Shown: positions 1-7,469 of the stretch, piece after piece
How positions within the stretch are numbered: position 1 is the stretch's first letter
Layout: each line of letters opens with the position of its first letter
IMG/VR virus record: IMGVR_UViG_3300048034_000310
Location: 1-35,749 of that record
Direction: 5' to 3' (one strand)
From: a virus
Taxonomy: Duplodnaviria; Caudoviricetes
DNA length: 35,749 bases
The notes under the pieces: model-generated
Told to the model about the DNA's origin: nothing
What the model saw: the letters and a program-made list of their open reading frames with translations, nothing else
Database searches by the model: none
Program-made: the position numbers and the translations under genes

Positions 1-7
1 GAAGTAG

Positions 8-15
8 TATAAATA
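8..15 (+). promoter_or_regulatory. T4-type late promoter (TATAAATA)
   Basis: Exact gp55 consensus TATAAATA about 65 nt upstream of the hsp20 ATG. Confidence 0.75.
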
Positions 16-20
16 ACTAT

Positions 21-82
21 GGATGCCGCATAATGCGGGTCCGATATAACCTTGCTAATAGTCAAACAGGAGGTAACTTATG
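21..82 (+). promoter_or_regulatory. ROSE-like RNA thermometer leader of hsp20
   Basis: 5' hairpin GGATGCCGCA-TAA-TGCGGGTCC (21-42). ACCTTGCT (49-56) pairs with the SD AGGAGGT (68-74), leaving G54 bulged, which is the U(U/C)GCU ROSE signature. Confidence 0.6.
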
Positions 83-559
83 ACTGGTAATTTCGCATAT
101 CCCCGAAACGCATTTTTAGGTTTCGACCACATCTTCGATCAGCTGGAGTCAATCCACCAACATTCGAAGGATACATATCCCCCACATAACGTAGTCAAAC
201 ATGATAGTATGAACTATGAAATTGAGTTAGCCGTAGCCGGCTTTAATCAAGATCATATTGATATTGAAGTCAAAGATCACGTTCTTACGATTAAAGGAGA
301 CCGACCACAAAGGCGTAATCCTGATTCGTATGTCCATAAAGGGATTAGTGCTCGTAAATTTACAAAATCTTATCGTTTATCCGAATACACTGAAGTCACT
401 GGAGCGGACATGAAGGATGGAATTCTCACCGTCAAGTTAGAGGTGGTTCTACCTGAAGAAAAGCGTCCTCGCAAAATTAACATTAATAGTTCATTTAACG
501 AGGAAAACAATGACAGCAATAGCACTACAAAGCCTGAATTTCTCAGGGAAACTACTTAG
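80..559 (+). CDS. hsp20: Small heat shock protein Hsp20 (IbpA-like)
   Basis: YPPHNVVK, IELAVAGF, HKGISARKF, DGILTVKL, PEEKRPRKINI alpha-crystallin motifs; strong SD. Confidence 0.95.
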   Translation: MTGNFAYPRNAFLGFDHIFDQLESIHQHSKDTYPPHNVVKHDSMNYEIELAVAGFNQDHIDIEVKDHVLTIKGDRPQRRNPDSYVHKGISARKFTKSYRLSEYTEVTGADMKDGILTVKLEVVLPEEKRPRKININSSFNEENNDSNSTTKPEFLRETT

Positions 560-758
560 TACTTTATGGAAAGGTACTAAGAAGACACTTCAAGGTATAA
601 TGATTGGTTGGATTATCGCAAGACAAACTCAAGCGAATCAGCATATCGCACGACAACTGGTAGACTCTGGTGAGTATCGTAGAGAAGAATATTGGAATTT
701 ATTACATCAATTAAATGCCAAATGCATCTCATCAATTCACAAAGAGTTTAAAGTATAA
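510..758 (+). CDS. Small hypothetical protein
   Basis: 82-aa ORF overlapping the hsp20 3' end, with GAGG SD upstream. Confidence 0.6.
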   Translation: MTAIALQSLNFSGKLLSTLWKGTKKTLQGIMIGWIIARQTQANQHIARQLVDSGEYRREEYWNLLHQLNAKCISSIHKEFKV

Positions 759-907
759 TGAATATGGTACTAGAAATCAGTGGTCTTAAGAAGTGGTGGT
801 CTAACTTATGGATGGATCCAACAACTAAATATCTTTCTCAGTCTGTAGATCATATGGACTTAGAGCAAAGGATAAAAAGGTTACAACGCAAAGGGATCTG
901 GCTATAA
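758..907 (+). CDS. Small protein, DUF3563-like
   Basis: Read by hand: MNMVLEISGLKKWWSNLWMDPTTKYLSQSVDHMDLEQRIKRLQRKGIWL. TAATG coupling to the previous ORF; YLxxSxDxxDLExR motif. Confidence 0.6.
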   Translation: MNMVLEISGLKKWWSNLWMDPTTKYLSQSVDHMDLEQRIKRLQRKGIWL

Positions 908-954
908 TGTGGCCGTATACTGAAGATGAGGCTGACTTTTATAGAGTCAAATAA
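907..954 (+). CDS. Putative 15-aa micro-peptide MWPYTEDEADFYRVK
   Basis: TAATG translational coupling; ends just before the terminator. Confidence 0.35.
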   Translation: MWPYTEDEADFYRVK

Positions 955-963
955 ATACCTAAG

Positions 964-988
964 AGAGCGGTGAAAGCCGCTCTTTTAT
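964..988 (+). terminator. Rho-independent terminator
   Basis: AGAGCGG-TGAAAG-CCGCTCT stem-loop followed by T residues. Confidence 0.8.
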
Positions 989-1000
989 CAAAAAAAGTCC

Positions 1001-1029
1001 TTTACAATTGGGCTAAGATGTGATATAAT
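1001..1029 (+). promoter_or_regulatory. Sigma70-like early/middle promoter for gp43
   Basis: TTTACA-17bp-TATAAT with extended -10 TG and upstream A-tract. Confidence 0.85.
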
Positions 1030-1056
1030 ATACTTACATAATGGAGGTAACACCTA

Positions 1057-3666
1057 TTGAAATTCTACACATCTATTAATCGTTATGGCAATCAGCTTCT
1101 TTATCGTGGTTATGACAATGGTCAACCAGTATCAAAAAAGATAAAGTACGAGCCTACGTTATTCGTAAAATCACAAAAACCAGAAACTGGCTACAAAAGT
1201 CTTGATGGTGTATCAATTGAGCCTAGATTGCTTGATGATATGCGTTCAGCTAAAAACTTTCTTAGTACATATCAAGATGTGGAAAGCTTTAACATCTATG
1301 GTTCTACCAACTATGTAAATGCATATATTGCTGAACAGGAAGAATGGAAAGATGATATTGAGTTTGACCGTGATAAAATCAAAGTAACTTCTATTGATAT
1401 TGAGGTACAGTCTGATGATGGATTCCCAGAACCAGATCAAGCTGCTCAGCCAATTATCTCTATTGCATGTAAAAACAATATTGATAATATCTATTTTGTC
1501 TGGGGCTTTGGTGACTATGACGTATCAAAGTCTATTATGCAAGATTGTCAAGTTGTCTATCGTAAAATGGATAACGAAATACATCTATTGTCTGAGTTTC
1601 TTAAGTGGTGGAATTCACCAGCACACTGTCCAGATGTAATCACTGGTTGGAATGTCCGTGGCTTTGATGTTCCATATATGGTAAATCGTATCAATAAAGT
1701 TCTTGGTGAAGGTCAAGCAAATCGCTTATCACCTTGGGAACACGTTAATGAAAGAGTTATGAAGTTCAAAGGTCGTGATCTTACTACTTATGAACTATAT
1801 GGTATTGTTACACTTGACTATATGGACATGTTCAAAAAGTTTGGTTATGCATACGGCCCACAAGAATCGTATTCACTTAATCATATATCTCATGTAGTCC
1901 TTGGTGAAAAGAAACTATCTTATGAAGAACACTCTTCACTTCATGGTTTATATGAAGCTGACTTCCAAAAGTTTATTGACTACAATATCAAGGATGTTGA
2001 GTTAGTTGATCGCCTTGAAGATAAAATGGGTCTTATTACTTTGGTAATGACAGTTGCCTATAAAGCTGGTATCAACTATATGGATGCATTTGGTACTACT
2101 TCGATGTGGGATACTATTATTTACCGTACTCTTTCAAAGAAAAACATATATCCAAATGTGGAAAAGATCGCAGGTAATACTGATTATGTAAAAGCTGGAT
2201 CTACTGTTGGAACCGGTAATGCTACTCATGTAACTAAAGATGGGATACGTACTGGTGAAGTAAAAGAATCTAGTTTTGCTGGTGGCTATGTTAAAACACC
2301 ACAAGTTGGTTTACATGAGTGGGTTGTATCTTTTGATTTGAACTCACTATATCCAAATATTATTGTTCAATGGAATATGTCACCAGAAACTATCGTATCC
2401 GGTACTACACTTGGCGTTACACCTGATACATGTCTTGGTGGTTACAATACTAAAAACTCAGATAAATCTACTTCTATGGCAGCCAATGGTGTTCACTTTA
2501 AGAAAGATGGGATTGGTGTTCTACCATCTTTGATTATTGATTACTATGCTGAACGTAAAGCTATCAAAGATAAGATGCTGGCCTCTCAACAAGAACGTCA
2601 GGGTATTGACCCAAGTCAAAAGCAAGAAATCTACCGTATTGAACGTGATATGAATCGATTTGAAAACCAGCAAATGGCTATTAAGATTATGATGAATAGT
2701 TTATATGGTGCACTTGGTAACAAATGGTTTCGTTATAATGATATCTCTATGGCTGAAGCTATCACTCTTTCTGGCCAGTATGCTATTCGTTTTGCTGAAA
2801 AGACAGTCAATAATCATATGAATGAGTTACTTGGTACTGATGAAGACTATGTTATAGCAATTGATACTGATTCATTGTATGTTAACTTTGGTCCATTAGT
2901 TAAAAAGCTAAATCCAAAAGACCCAGTTGCCTTCCTTGATAAGATTTGCCAAGAAAACTTTGAAATTGTTATCAAAGATGCTTACAAAGAGTTATTTGAT
3001 CATATGGATTGTGCCCGTCCACGTATGGAAATGGGTCGGGAAGCTATTGCTGATGTCGGTATCTGGACTGCTAAAAAGCGTTATATTCTAAATGTTCACA
3101 ACAATGAAGGTGTAGCTTATGCTGAACCTAAGCTTAAGATTATGGGTATTGAAGCTATTAAGTCATCAACTCCATCTCAGTGTCGTGATGCTCTTAAAGC
3201 TTTATTCAAAGTTATTGTAACTGGATCAGAGGATAAAACACAAGAAGCTATTCGCCAATTCAAACAGCATTTCTTTAAATTACCAGCCCATGAAGTCTCA
3301 TTTCCTCGTGGTGTAAATGATGTTGATAAGTGGACACGTAAAACTGGTTATGCCAAAGGTACTCCCATACATGTTCGTGGTGCTATCTTACATAATCAAG
3401 CTATCAAGTCAGCCAGTCTGGATACTAAATATGAGTATATCCGCAATGGTGACAAAGTCAAGTTTTGTTATCTTAAAAAGCCAAACCCTATCAAAGAGAA
3501 TGTGGTGTCATTCAAAGACTTCTTGCCTCCAGAGTTACAGCTTGATAAGTACATTGACTATGATCTACAATTTCAAAAAACCTTTCTAGATCCTATTGAA
3601 CCAATCCTTACATCGATTGGCTGGAATCAAGAAGAACAAGCTACATTGGAGGCATTCTTTGGTTGA
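1057..3666 (+). CDS. 43: Family B DNA polymerase (T4 gp43-like), TTG start
   Basis: Exonuclease motifs DIE, GWNVRGFD, YNIKDV. Polymerase motifs SFDLNSLYP, KIMMNSLYG, IDTDS, KKRY. GGAGG SD; C-terminal TLEAFFG clamp peptide. Confidence 0.97.
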   Translation: MKFYTSINRYGNQLLYRGYDNGQPVSKKIKYEPTLFVKSQKPETGYKSLDGVSIEPRLLDDMRSAKNFLSTYQDVESFNIYGSTNYVNAYIAEQEEWKDDIEFDRDKIKVTSIDIEVQSDDGFPEPDQAAQPIISIACKNNIDNIYFVWGFGDYDVSKSIMQDCQVVYRKMDNEIHLLSEFLKWWNSPAHCPDVITGWNVRGFDVPYMVNRINKVLGEGQANRLSPWEHVNERVMKFKGRDLTTYELYGIVTLDYMDMFKKFGYAYGPQESYSLNHISHVVLGEKKLSYEEHSSLHGLYEADFQKFIDYNIKDVELVDRLEDKMGLITLVMTVAYKAGINYMDAFGTTSMWDTIIYRTLSKKNIYPNVEKIAGNTDYVKAGSTVGTGNATHVTKDGIRTGEVKESSFAGGYVKTPQVGLHEWVVSFDLNSLYPNIIVQWNMSPETIVSGTTLGVTPDTCLGGYNTKNSDKSTSMAANGVHFKKDGIGVLPSLIIDYYAERKAIKDKMLASQQERQGIDPSQKQEIYRIERDMNRFENQQMAIKIMMNSLYGALGNKWFRYNDISMAEAITLSGQYAIRFAEKTVNNHMNELLGTDEDYVIAIDTDSLYVNFGPLVKKLNPKDPVAFLDKICQENFEIVIKDAYKELFDHMDCARPRMEMGREAIADVGIWTAKKRYILNVHNNEGVAYAEPKLKIMGIEAIKSSTPSQCRDALKALFKVIVTGSEDKTQEAIRQFKQHFFKLPAHEVSFPRGVNDVDKWTRKTGYAKGTPIHVRGAILHNQAIKSASLDTKYEYIRNGDKVKFCYLKKPNPIKENVVSFKDFLPPELQLDKYIDYDLQFQKTFLDPIEPILTSIGWNQEEQATLEAFFG

Positions 3667-3967
3667 ACAAACTATAAAAGAAAAGATTAAACAACGTCGA
3701 GCTCAGATGCTTGTACATTCATATATCTACTATCAGTTAGATGATAACATTGTTAGTGATCATACTTGGCAGCAATGGGCAGATGAGTTAACAGAACTTC
3801 AAAATGCTAATCCTAGTGAATGCAATATTGATTACTATGATAAAGAGTTCAAAGACTGGAATGGAGCAAGTGGAGCATTTCTTCCACTTGACGATCCTAA
3901 AGTTATAGCTAAAGCAGAAAGATTAATTAGTTTTGAAAAAGAGGTTTACAATGCAACAAAAGTGTGA
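3659..3967 (+). CDS. Stand-alone NAD-dependent DNA ligase domain Ia-like protein
   Basis: HSYIYYQLDDNIVSDHTWQQWADELTELQ resembles the LigA N-terminal HxxxYYxxDxPxISDxxYD motif. TTG start at 3659 with GGAGG SD (ORF track starts at 3596). Confidence 0.6.
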   Translation: MVEQTIKEKIKQRRAQMLVHSYIYYQLDDNIVSDHTWQQWADELTELQNANPSECNIDYYDKEFKDWNGASGAFLPLDDPKVIAKAERLISFEKEVYNATKV

Positions 3968-3973
3968 TATAAT
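3945..3973 (+). promoter_or_regulatory. Sigma70-like promoter
   Basis: TTTACA-17-TATAAT, TG extended -10. Confidence 0.8.
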
Positions 3974-3996
3974 ATACTATAAGAATGGAGAAAGAT

Positions 3997-4416
3997 ATGA
4001 GTAAAGATTGGACTACCGATATTGAAGAAATGCACAAAAAGTATGGTGTTGATCAATGGATGGGAGAAAAGCTACTTATGGTTGATACCGAAGTACTAAA
4101 AAAGTTCTTAGAATTCCGTATGGCTTTTCTTAAAGAAGAACTAGATGAAACTAACTTGGCAGTACAAAACAATGACCCAGAAGAAATTGTTGATGGTCTT
4201 ATTGATTTATGTGTTGTAGCAATTGGTACACTTGAAGCTTTTGGTGTAGATGCTCACAAAGCGTGGGATACTGTATTAGAAGCTAATATGAATAAAGAAG
4301 TTGGTGAAAAAGCTGAAAGACCTAATCCTCTTGGTTTGCCAGACTTAGTTAAACCAGAAGGTTGGAAATCTCCAAGCCACGAAGGAAACCATGGTTGTCT
4401 CGACTACACTTTTTAA
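3997..4416 (+). CDS. MazG-like / PRA-PH family NTP pyrophosphohydrolase
   Basis: EELDE...EEIVDGLIDL...V..ANM.K...KPEGW all-alpha NTP-PPase motifs; GGAG SD before ATG 3997. Confidence 0.85.
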   Translation: MSKDWTTDIEEMHKKYGVDQWMGEKLLMVDTEVLKKFLEFRMAFLKEELDETNLAVQNNDPEEIVDGLIDLCVVAIGTLEAFGVDAHKAWDTVLEANMNKEVGEKAERPNPLGLPDLVKPEGWKSPSHEGNHGCLDYTF

Positions 4417-5323
4417 GAGTATATACGATAACAAAACAGATACTCGATTAGTCTTTAAGGACTTTAATGCCTTTGAAGAGTCTTTGTATAAGTTATCTGA
4501 AAGACCTATAGCATCAAAGAAAGATGCACCATTGATGTCGCCTGCAGTCTATCAAGCCGATACCACACGAGCTAATGCTAATGTAATTGAGTGGGCCGGT
4601 TGGGCTGCAGTTGATGTTGATGAACATAAATTTCAAGGAGACCTACAAAATGAGCTTACCTCTTTATATGGTAATTGGTATTACGTTTGTTATAGTACTG
4701 CTAGCTCTACCATCGATCATCCGAAGTTCAGACTTGTCTTCCCTCTTAAAGGAAGAGTTAAAGCAGATAGAATTAAGAAATTCTGGTATGCACTCAACAC
4801 GCTCTTGGACTCAATCGGAGATAGACAAACTAAAGATCTTTCAAGAATGTATTACGTCCCAGGCCAATATGCTGGTGCATACAACTTTATATTCAGTAAT
4901 GCTAACGGCTCTTATTTGGATCCTGATGCGTTAATTGATAAGTATCCTTTAGATGAAAAGAAAGGTGGAAAGACTTTCTTTGATCGTTTGCCTGAAGAAA
5001 TACAAAACCAAATAGTTGAGCATCGTAAAAACTCAGCTGATAATAGAGATTTTAATTGGACAACATATCATGACTGTCCATTTGTGAATAGAAAGTTAGT
5101 GGCAGAATATAAGACCATTAATGAAACTGGATGGTATCATGGGCTATATCGTATCATGGTATCTATTGCTGGTAATGCTGTAAGTAATAACTACCCAATT
5201 ACTTCTAACCAGATCGCAGAGCTCTGTAAAGAGATTGATAATGAAACCGGCCAATGGTATGATAACCGGCCACTTGAAAAGGAGGCAGATCGTGCAATCG
5301 AATTCGTCTATAAAAACGTATGA
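4391..5323 (+). CDS. Archaeo-eukaryotic primase (PrimPol)-like protein
   Basis: AAVDVD (DxD), YSTASS...HPKFRLVFPL, KDLSRMYYVP, and a C-terminal helical domain after CPF. Confidence 0.7.
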   Translation: MVVSTTLFKSIYDNKTDTRLVFKDFNAFEESLYKLSERPIASKKDAPLMSPAVYQADTTRANANVIEWAGWAAVDVDEHKFQGDLQNELTSLYGNWYYVCYSTASSTIDHPKFRLVFPLKGRVKADRIKKFWYALNTLLDSIGDRQTKDLSRMYYVPGQYAGAYNFIFSNANGSYLDPDALIDKYPLDEKKGGKTFFDRLPEEIQNQIVEHRKNSADNRDFNWTTYHDCPFVNRKLVAEYKTINETGWYHGLYRIMVSIAGNAVSNNYPITSNQIAELCKEIDNETGQWYDNRPLEKEADRAIEFVYKNV

Positions 5324-5333
5324 TATTTTTAAT

Positions 5334-5756
5334 ATGGATATGAGTTTTAATATTGATGATATCCAAAATAAAGCTGAATGGCATGAAAGAGCTATGAATG
5401 AAGCAAAACAAATTCATAGTAAACCATCAACAGCTCGTGGTAGATCTTTAGATGAAATCTATGAAACAAGACTATATGGTGGTGTTGCTGAACAATATCT
5501 TCTTGAAACAGGCTGGGAAGATGACACAAGAAAGTTTAAAGATGTAATTGATCCTCAAGGTGATCCTGTTGAAGTTAAAACTACATCATGCTTAGAAAAT
5601 GTTTGGCATGTTCTTGACCGTTGTAGAAAGGCTAAGCTTGAGACATGGAGAAACTATCAGGATATTGTATATGTCTTTATCAATGATACTAAGTCTAAAG
5701 AGTTTGTACATGAGGGCACATACCTTTGGAATGGAGAAAAGTTTGAAAGAAATTAA
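5334..5756 (+). CDS. Hypothetical protein, PD-(D/E)xK nuclease-like
   Basis: AEQYL...DVID...VEVKT pattern; start uncertain. Confidence 0.5.
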   Translation: MDMSFNIDDIQNKAEWHERAMNEAKQIHSKPSTARGRSLDEIYETRLYGGVAEQYLLETGWEDDTRKFKDVIDPQGDPVEVKTTSCLENVWHVLDRCRKAKLETWRNYQDIVYVFINDTKSKEFVHEGTYLWNGEKFERN

Positions 5757-5780
5757 TTTGAAAAAAAGTGAAAAAAGTCC

Positions 5781-5809
5781 TTTACAATATGCATAAACTA
5801 TGATATAAT
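5781..5809 (+). promoter_or_regulatory. Sigma70-like early promoter heading the modification cassette
   Basis: TTTACA-17-TATAAT with A-tract. Confidence 0.85.
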
Positions 5810-5828
5810 ATACTTATAAAATGATAAA
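5799..5828 (+). repeat. 30-bp dispersed direct repeat, copy 1 (TATGATATAATATACTTATAAAATGATAAA)
   Basis: Identical copies at 12470-12499 and 15305-15334. Confidence 0.9.
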
Positions 5829-5842
5829 TGGAAGGAAATCAA

Positions 5843-6022
5843 ATGTCATATAATTACAAAGTTCTCGAATCTGTTCTTAAAAATATTGCTAAAGACGATT
5901 CAACTGAAAATATCTATGATCAAATTGAACGTCTTACAACCGATGAAATTCGTAAGATGAAAGATCTATTTGCTATCATGGATCAAGCTGGTTCTGATAA
6001 AATCCAACACATGGGAGAATAA
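5843..6022 (+). CDS. Small hypothetical early protein
   Basis: GGAAGG SD, ATG 5843, first gene after the promoter. Confidence 0.65.
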   Translation: MSYNYKVLESVLKNIAKDDSTENIYDQIERLTTDEIRKMKDLFAIMDQAGSDKIQHMGE

Positions 6023-6023
6023 C

Positions 6024-6341
6024 TTGAAGTTTGATAAAGACAAACCACCTATGGCTTTGATTCCACCCGAAGCCCTTTATGAAATTGCCGAAGTATTTCG
6101 CTTTGGTGCAGAAAAGTATGGTGTTAACAACTGGCGTGATGATGGTGACTGTACTGAATTTGCGCGTACGTATTCATCTATTCAACGCCACTTAAATGCT
6201 TGGTGGACAGGTGAAGATATTGATCCAGACTCTGGTAAGTCTCACCTAGCACATGCTACTACACAAATGATGATTTTAATGATCCACCAAATGGAACACC
6301 CTGAGATGGACGATAGATATAAGCCTAAGGATAAAAAATGA
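6024..6341 (+). CDS. DUF5664-like dNTP diphosphohydrolase
   Basis: KFDKDKP...LIP, FGAEKYGVNNWR, RHLNAW..GEDIDPDSGKSHLAHA. TTG start with GGAG SD (ORF track starts at 5970). Confidence 0.85.
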   Translation: MKFDKDKPPMALIPPEALYEIAEVFRFGAEKYGVNNWRDDGDCTEFARTYSSIQRHLNAWWTGEDIDPDSGKSHLAHATTQMMILMIHQMEHPEMDDRYKPKDKK

Positions 6342-6997
6342 TAATGTATTCAGTGTCAGATATACGTCAGTACTTCATTGATGAATTACGTGACAAAGCC
6401 TTTACCGAAGATCGCACGGGCCAGAAGACTATAGAGCTTCTCGGCGCCTCCTTCCTCGCCGATGAACCGGCGATCTTCGGTATGCCCAATCAAGATTATA
6501 TTGAAGCAGAACTTGAATGGTATAATTCATGCTCTACTAATATTAATGACATTCACCCAGATAAAGATGCACCTGCCGCTTGGCAGTATGCTGCAAATGA
6601 CCATGGCGAAATTAACTCTAATTATGGTCACCTTATCTTTGATGAAAAATTATTCAATCAATATGATCGTGTATGTGAAGAATTGTATGATAATCCAGAC
6701 TCAAGACGTGCCTCAATGATCTATCAACGGCCTTCAATTTGGGTTGAATACAACGAAAATAACAAGAATGACTTTATTTGTACTAATGCTGTTACCTACT
6801 ATATTCGTAATGAAGAACTTCAAGCTGTAGTTCAAATGCGATCTAATGATGTAGTCTTTGGCTATAAAAATGATATTGCTTGGCAACAGCATATACTTGA
6901 GTCACTGGCTAGTGATTTGAATATTGAACCTGGATTTATTCAGTGGCAAGTTCAAAACTTACATGTTTATGAAAGGCATTTTCATCTTGTCAAATAA
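6338..6997 (+). CDS. 42: dCMP hydroxymethylase (T4 gp42-like, thymidylate synthase fold)
   Basis: Follows T4 gp42 along its length: KTIELLGASFLADEP, EINSNYG, PDSRR, DFICTN (catalytic Cys), MRSNDVVFGYKND (Asp at the dCMP-specificity position), LHVYERHF. Confidence 0.9.
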   Translation: MIMYSVSDIRQYFIDELRDKAFTEDRTGQKTIELLGASFLADEPAIFGMPNQDYIEAELEWYNSCSTNINDIHPDKDAPAAWQYAANDHGEINSNYGHLIFDEKLFNQYDRVCEELYDNPDSRRASMIYQRPSIWVEYNENNKNDFICTNAVTYYIRNEELQAVVQMRSNDVVFGYKNDIAWQQHILESLASDLNIEPGFIQWQVQNLHVYERHFHLVK

Positions 6998-7451
6998 GTG
7001 GGATATTCGCTATATGGAGTTAGCAAGACAGATATCTACTTGGTCTAAAGATCCATCTAAAAAGATTGGAGCTGTTGTTGTAAGTAAAACAGGTCAAGTA
7101 TTAGCTCAAGGATATAACGGGTTTCCTAGAGGTGTAACTGATTCAAAGGAGAGATATGAAGATAGAGAAGTTAAGTATAAGTATGTTGTACATGCTGAAA
7201 TGAATGCTATTTTTAATGCAAGTTGGAATGGTGTATCATTAAAGGATGCTACAATTTATGTGTATGGTTTACCAGTTTGCCATGAGTGCGCAAAAGGCAT
7301 AATTCAAACTGGTATAACTAATGTTATAATGTGTTACTCTGAAAACGTACCACATTGGGAACAATCAACGTCGTATTCCTCATCTATGTTTGATGAGGCT
7401 AATGTGAGCTACTCTGACCTCCCAGTCAAATCACTCACACAAATAAACTGA
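6987..7451 (+). CDS. cd: dCMP deaminase
   Basis: SKDPSKKIGAV, GYNGFPRG, HAEMNAI, PVCHECAK zinc motifs; likely TTG start at 6987. Confidence 0.92.
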   Translation: MSNKWDIRYMELARQISTWSKDPSKKIGAVVVSKTGQVLAQGYNGFPRGVTDSKERYEDREVKYKYVVHAEMNAIFNASWNGVSLKDATIYVYGLPVCHECAKGIIQTGITNVIMCYSENVPHWEQSTSYSSSMFDEANVSYSDLPVKSLTQIN

Positions 7452-7469
7452 TATAACAGGAGAAAATTT

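Noticed and set aside
1043-1059. AGGT-AAC-ACCT mini-hairpin over the gp43 SD as an autogenous translational operator
   Set aside because: Only 4 bp with a 3-nt loop; plausible given the TTG start but not supportable
6024-6341. Z-genome (2-aminoadenine) system suggested by DUF5664 and MazG-like genes
   Set aside because: No PurZ/PurA homolog in the window; the context is cytosine chemistry
6338-6997. Plain thymidylate synthase (thyA/td) or dUMP hydroxymethylase call
   Set aside because: The sequence follows T4 gp42 throughout, including DFxCT and the Asp that selects dCMP. A dCMP hydroxylase variant cannot be excluded
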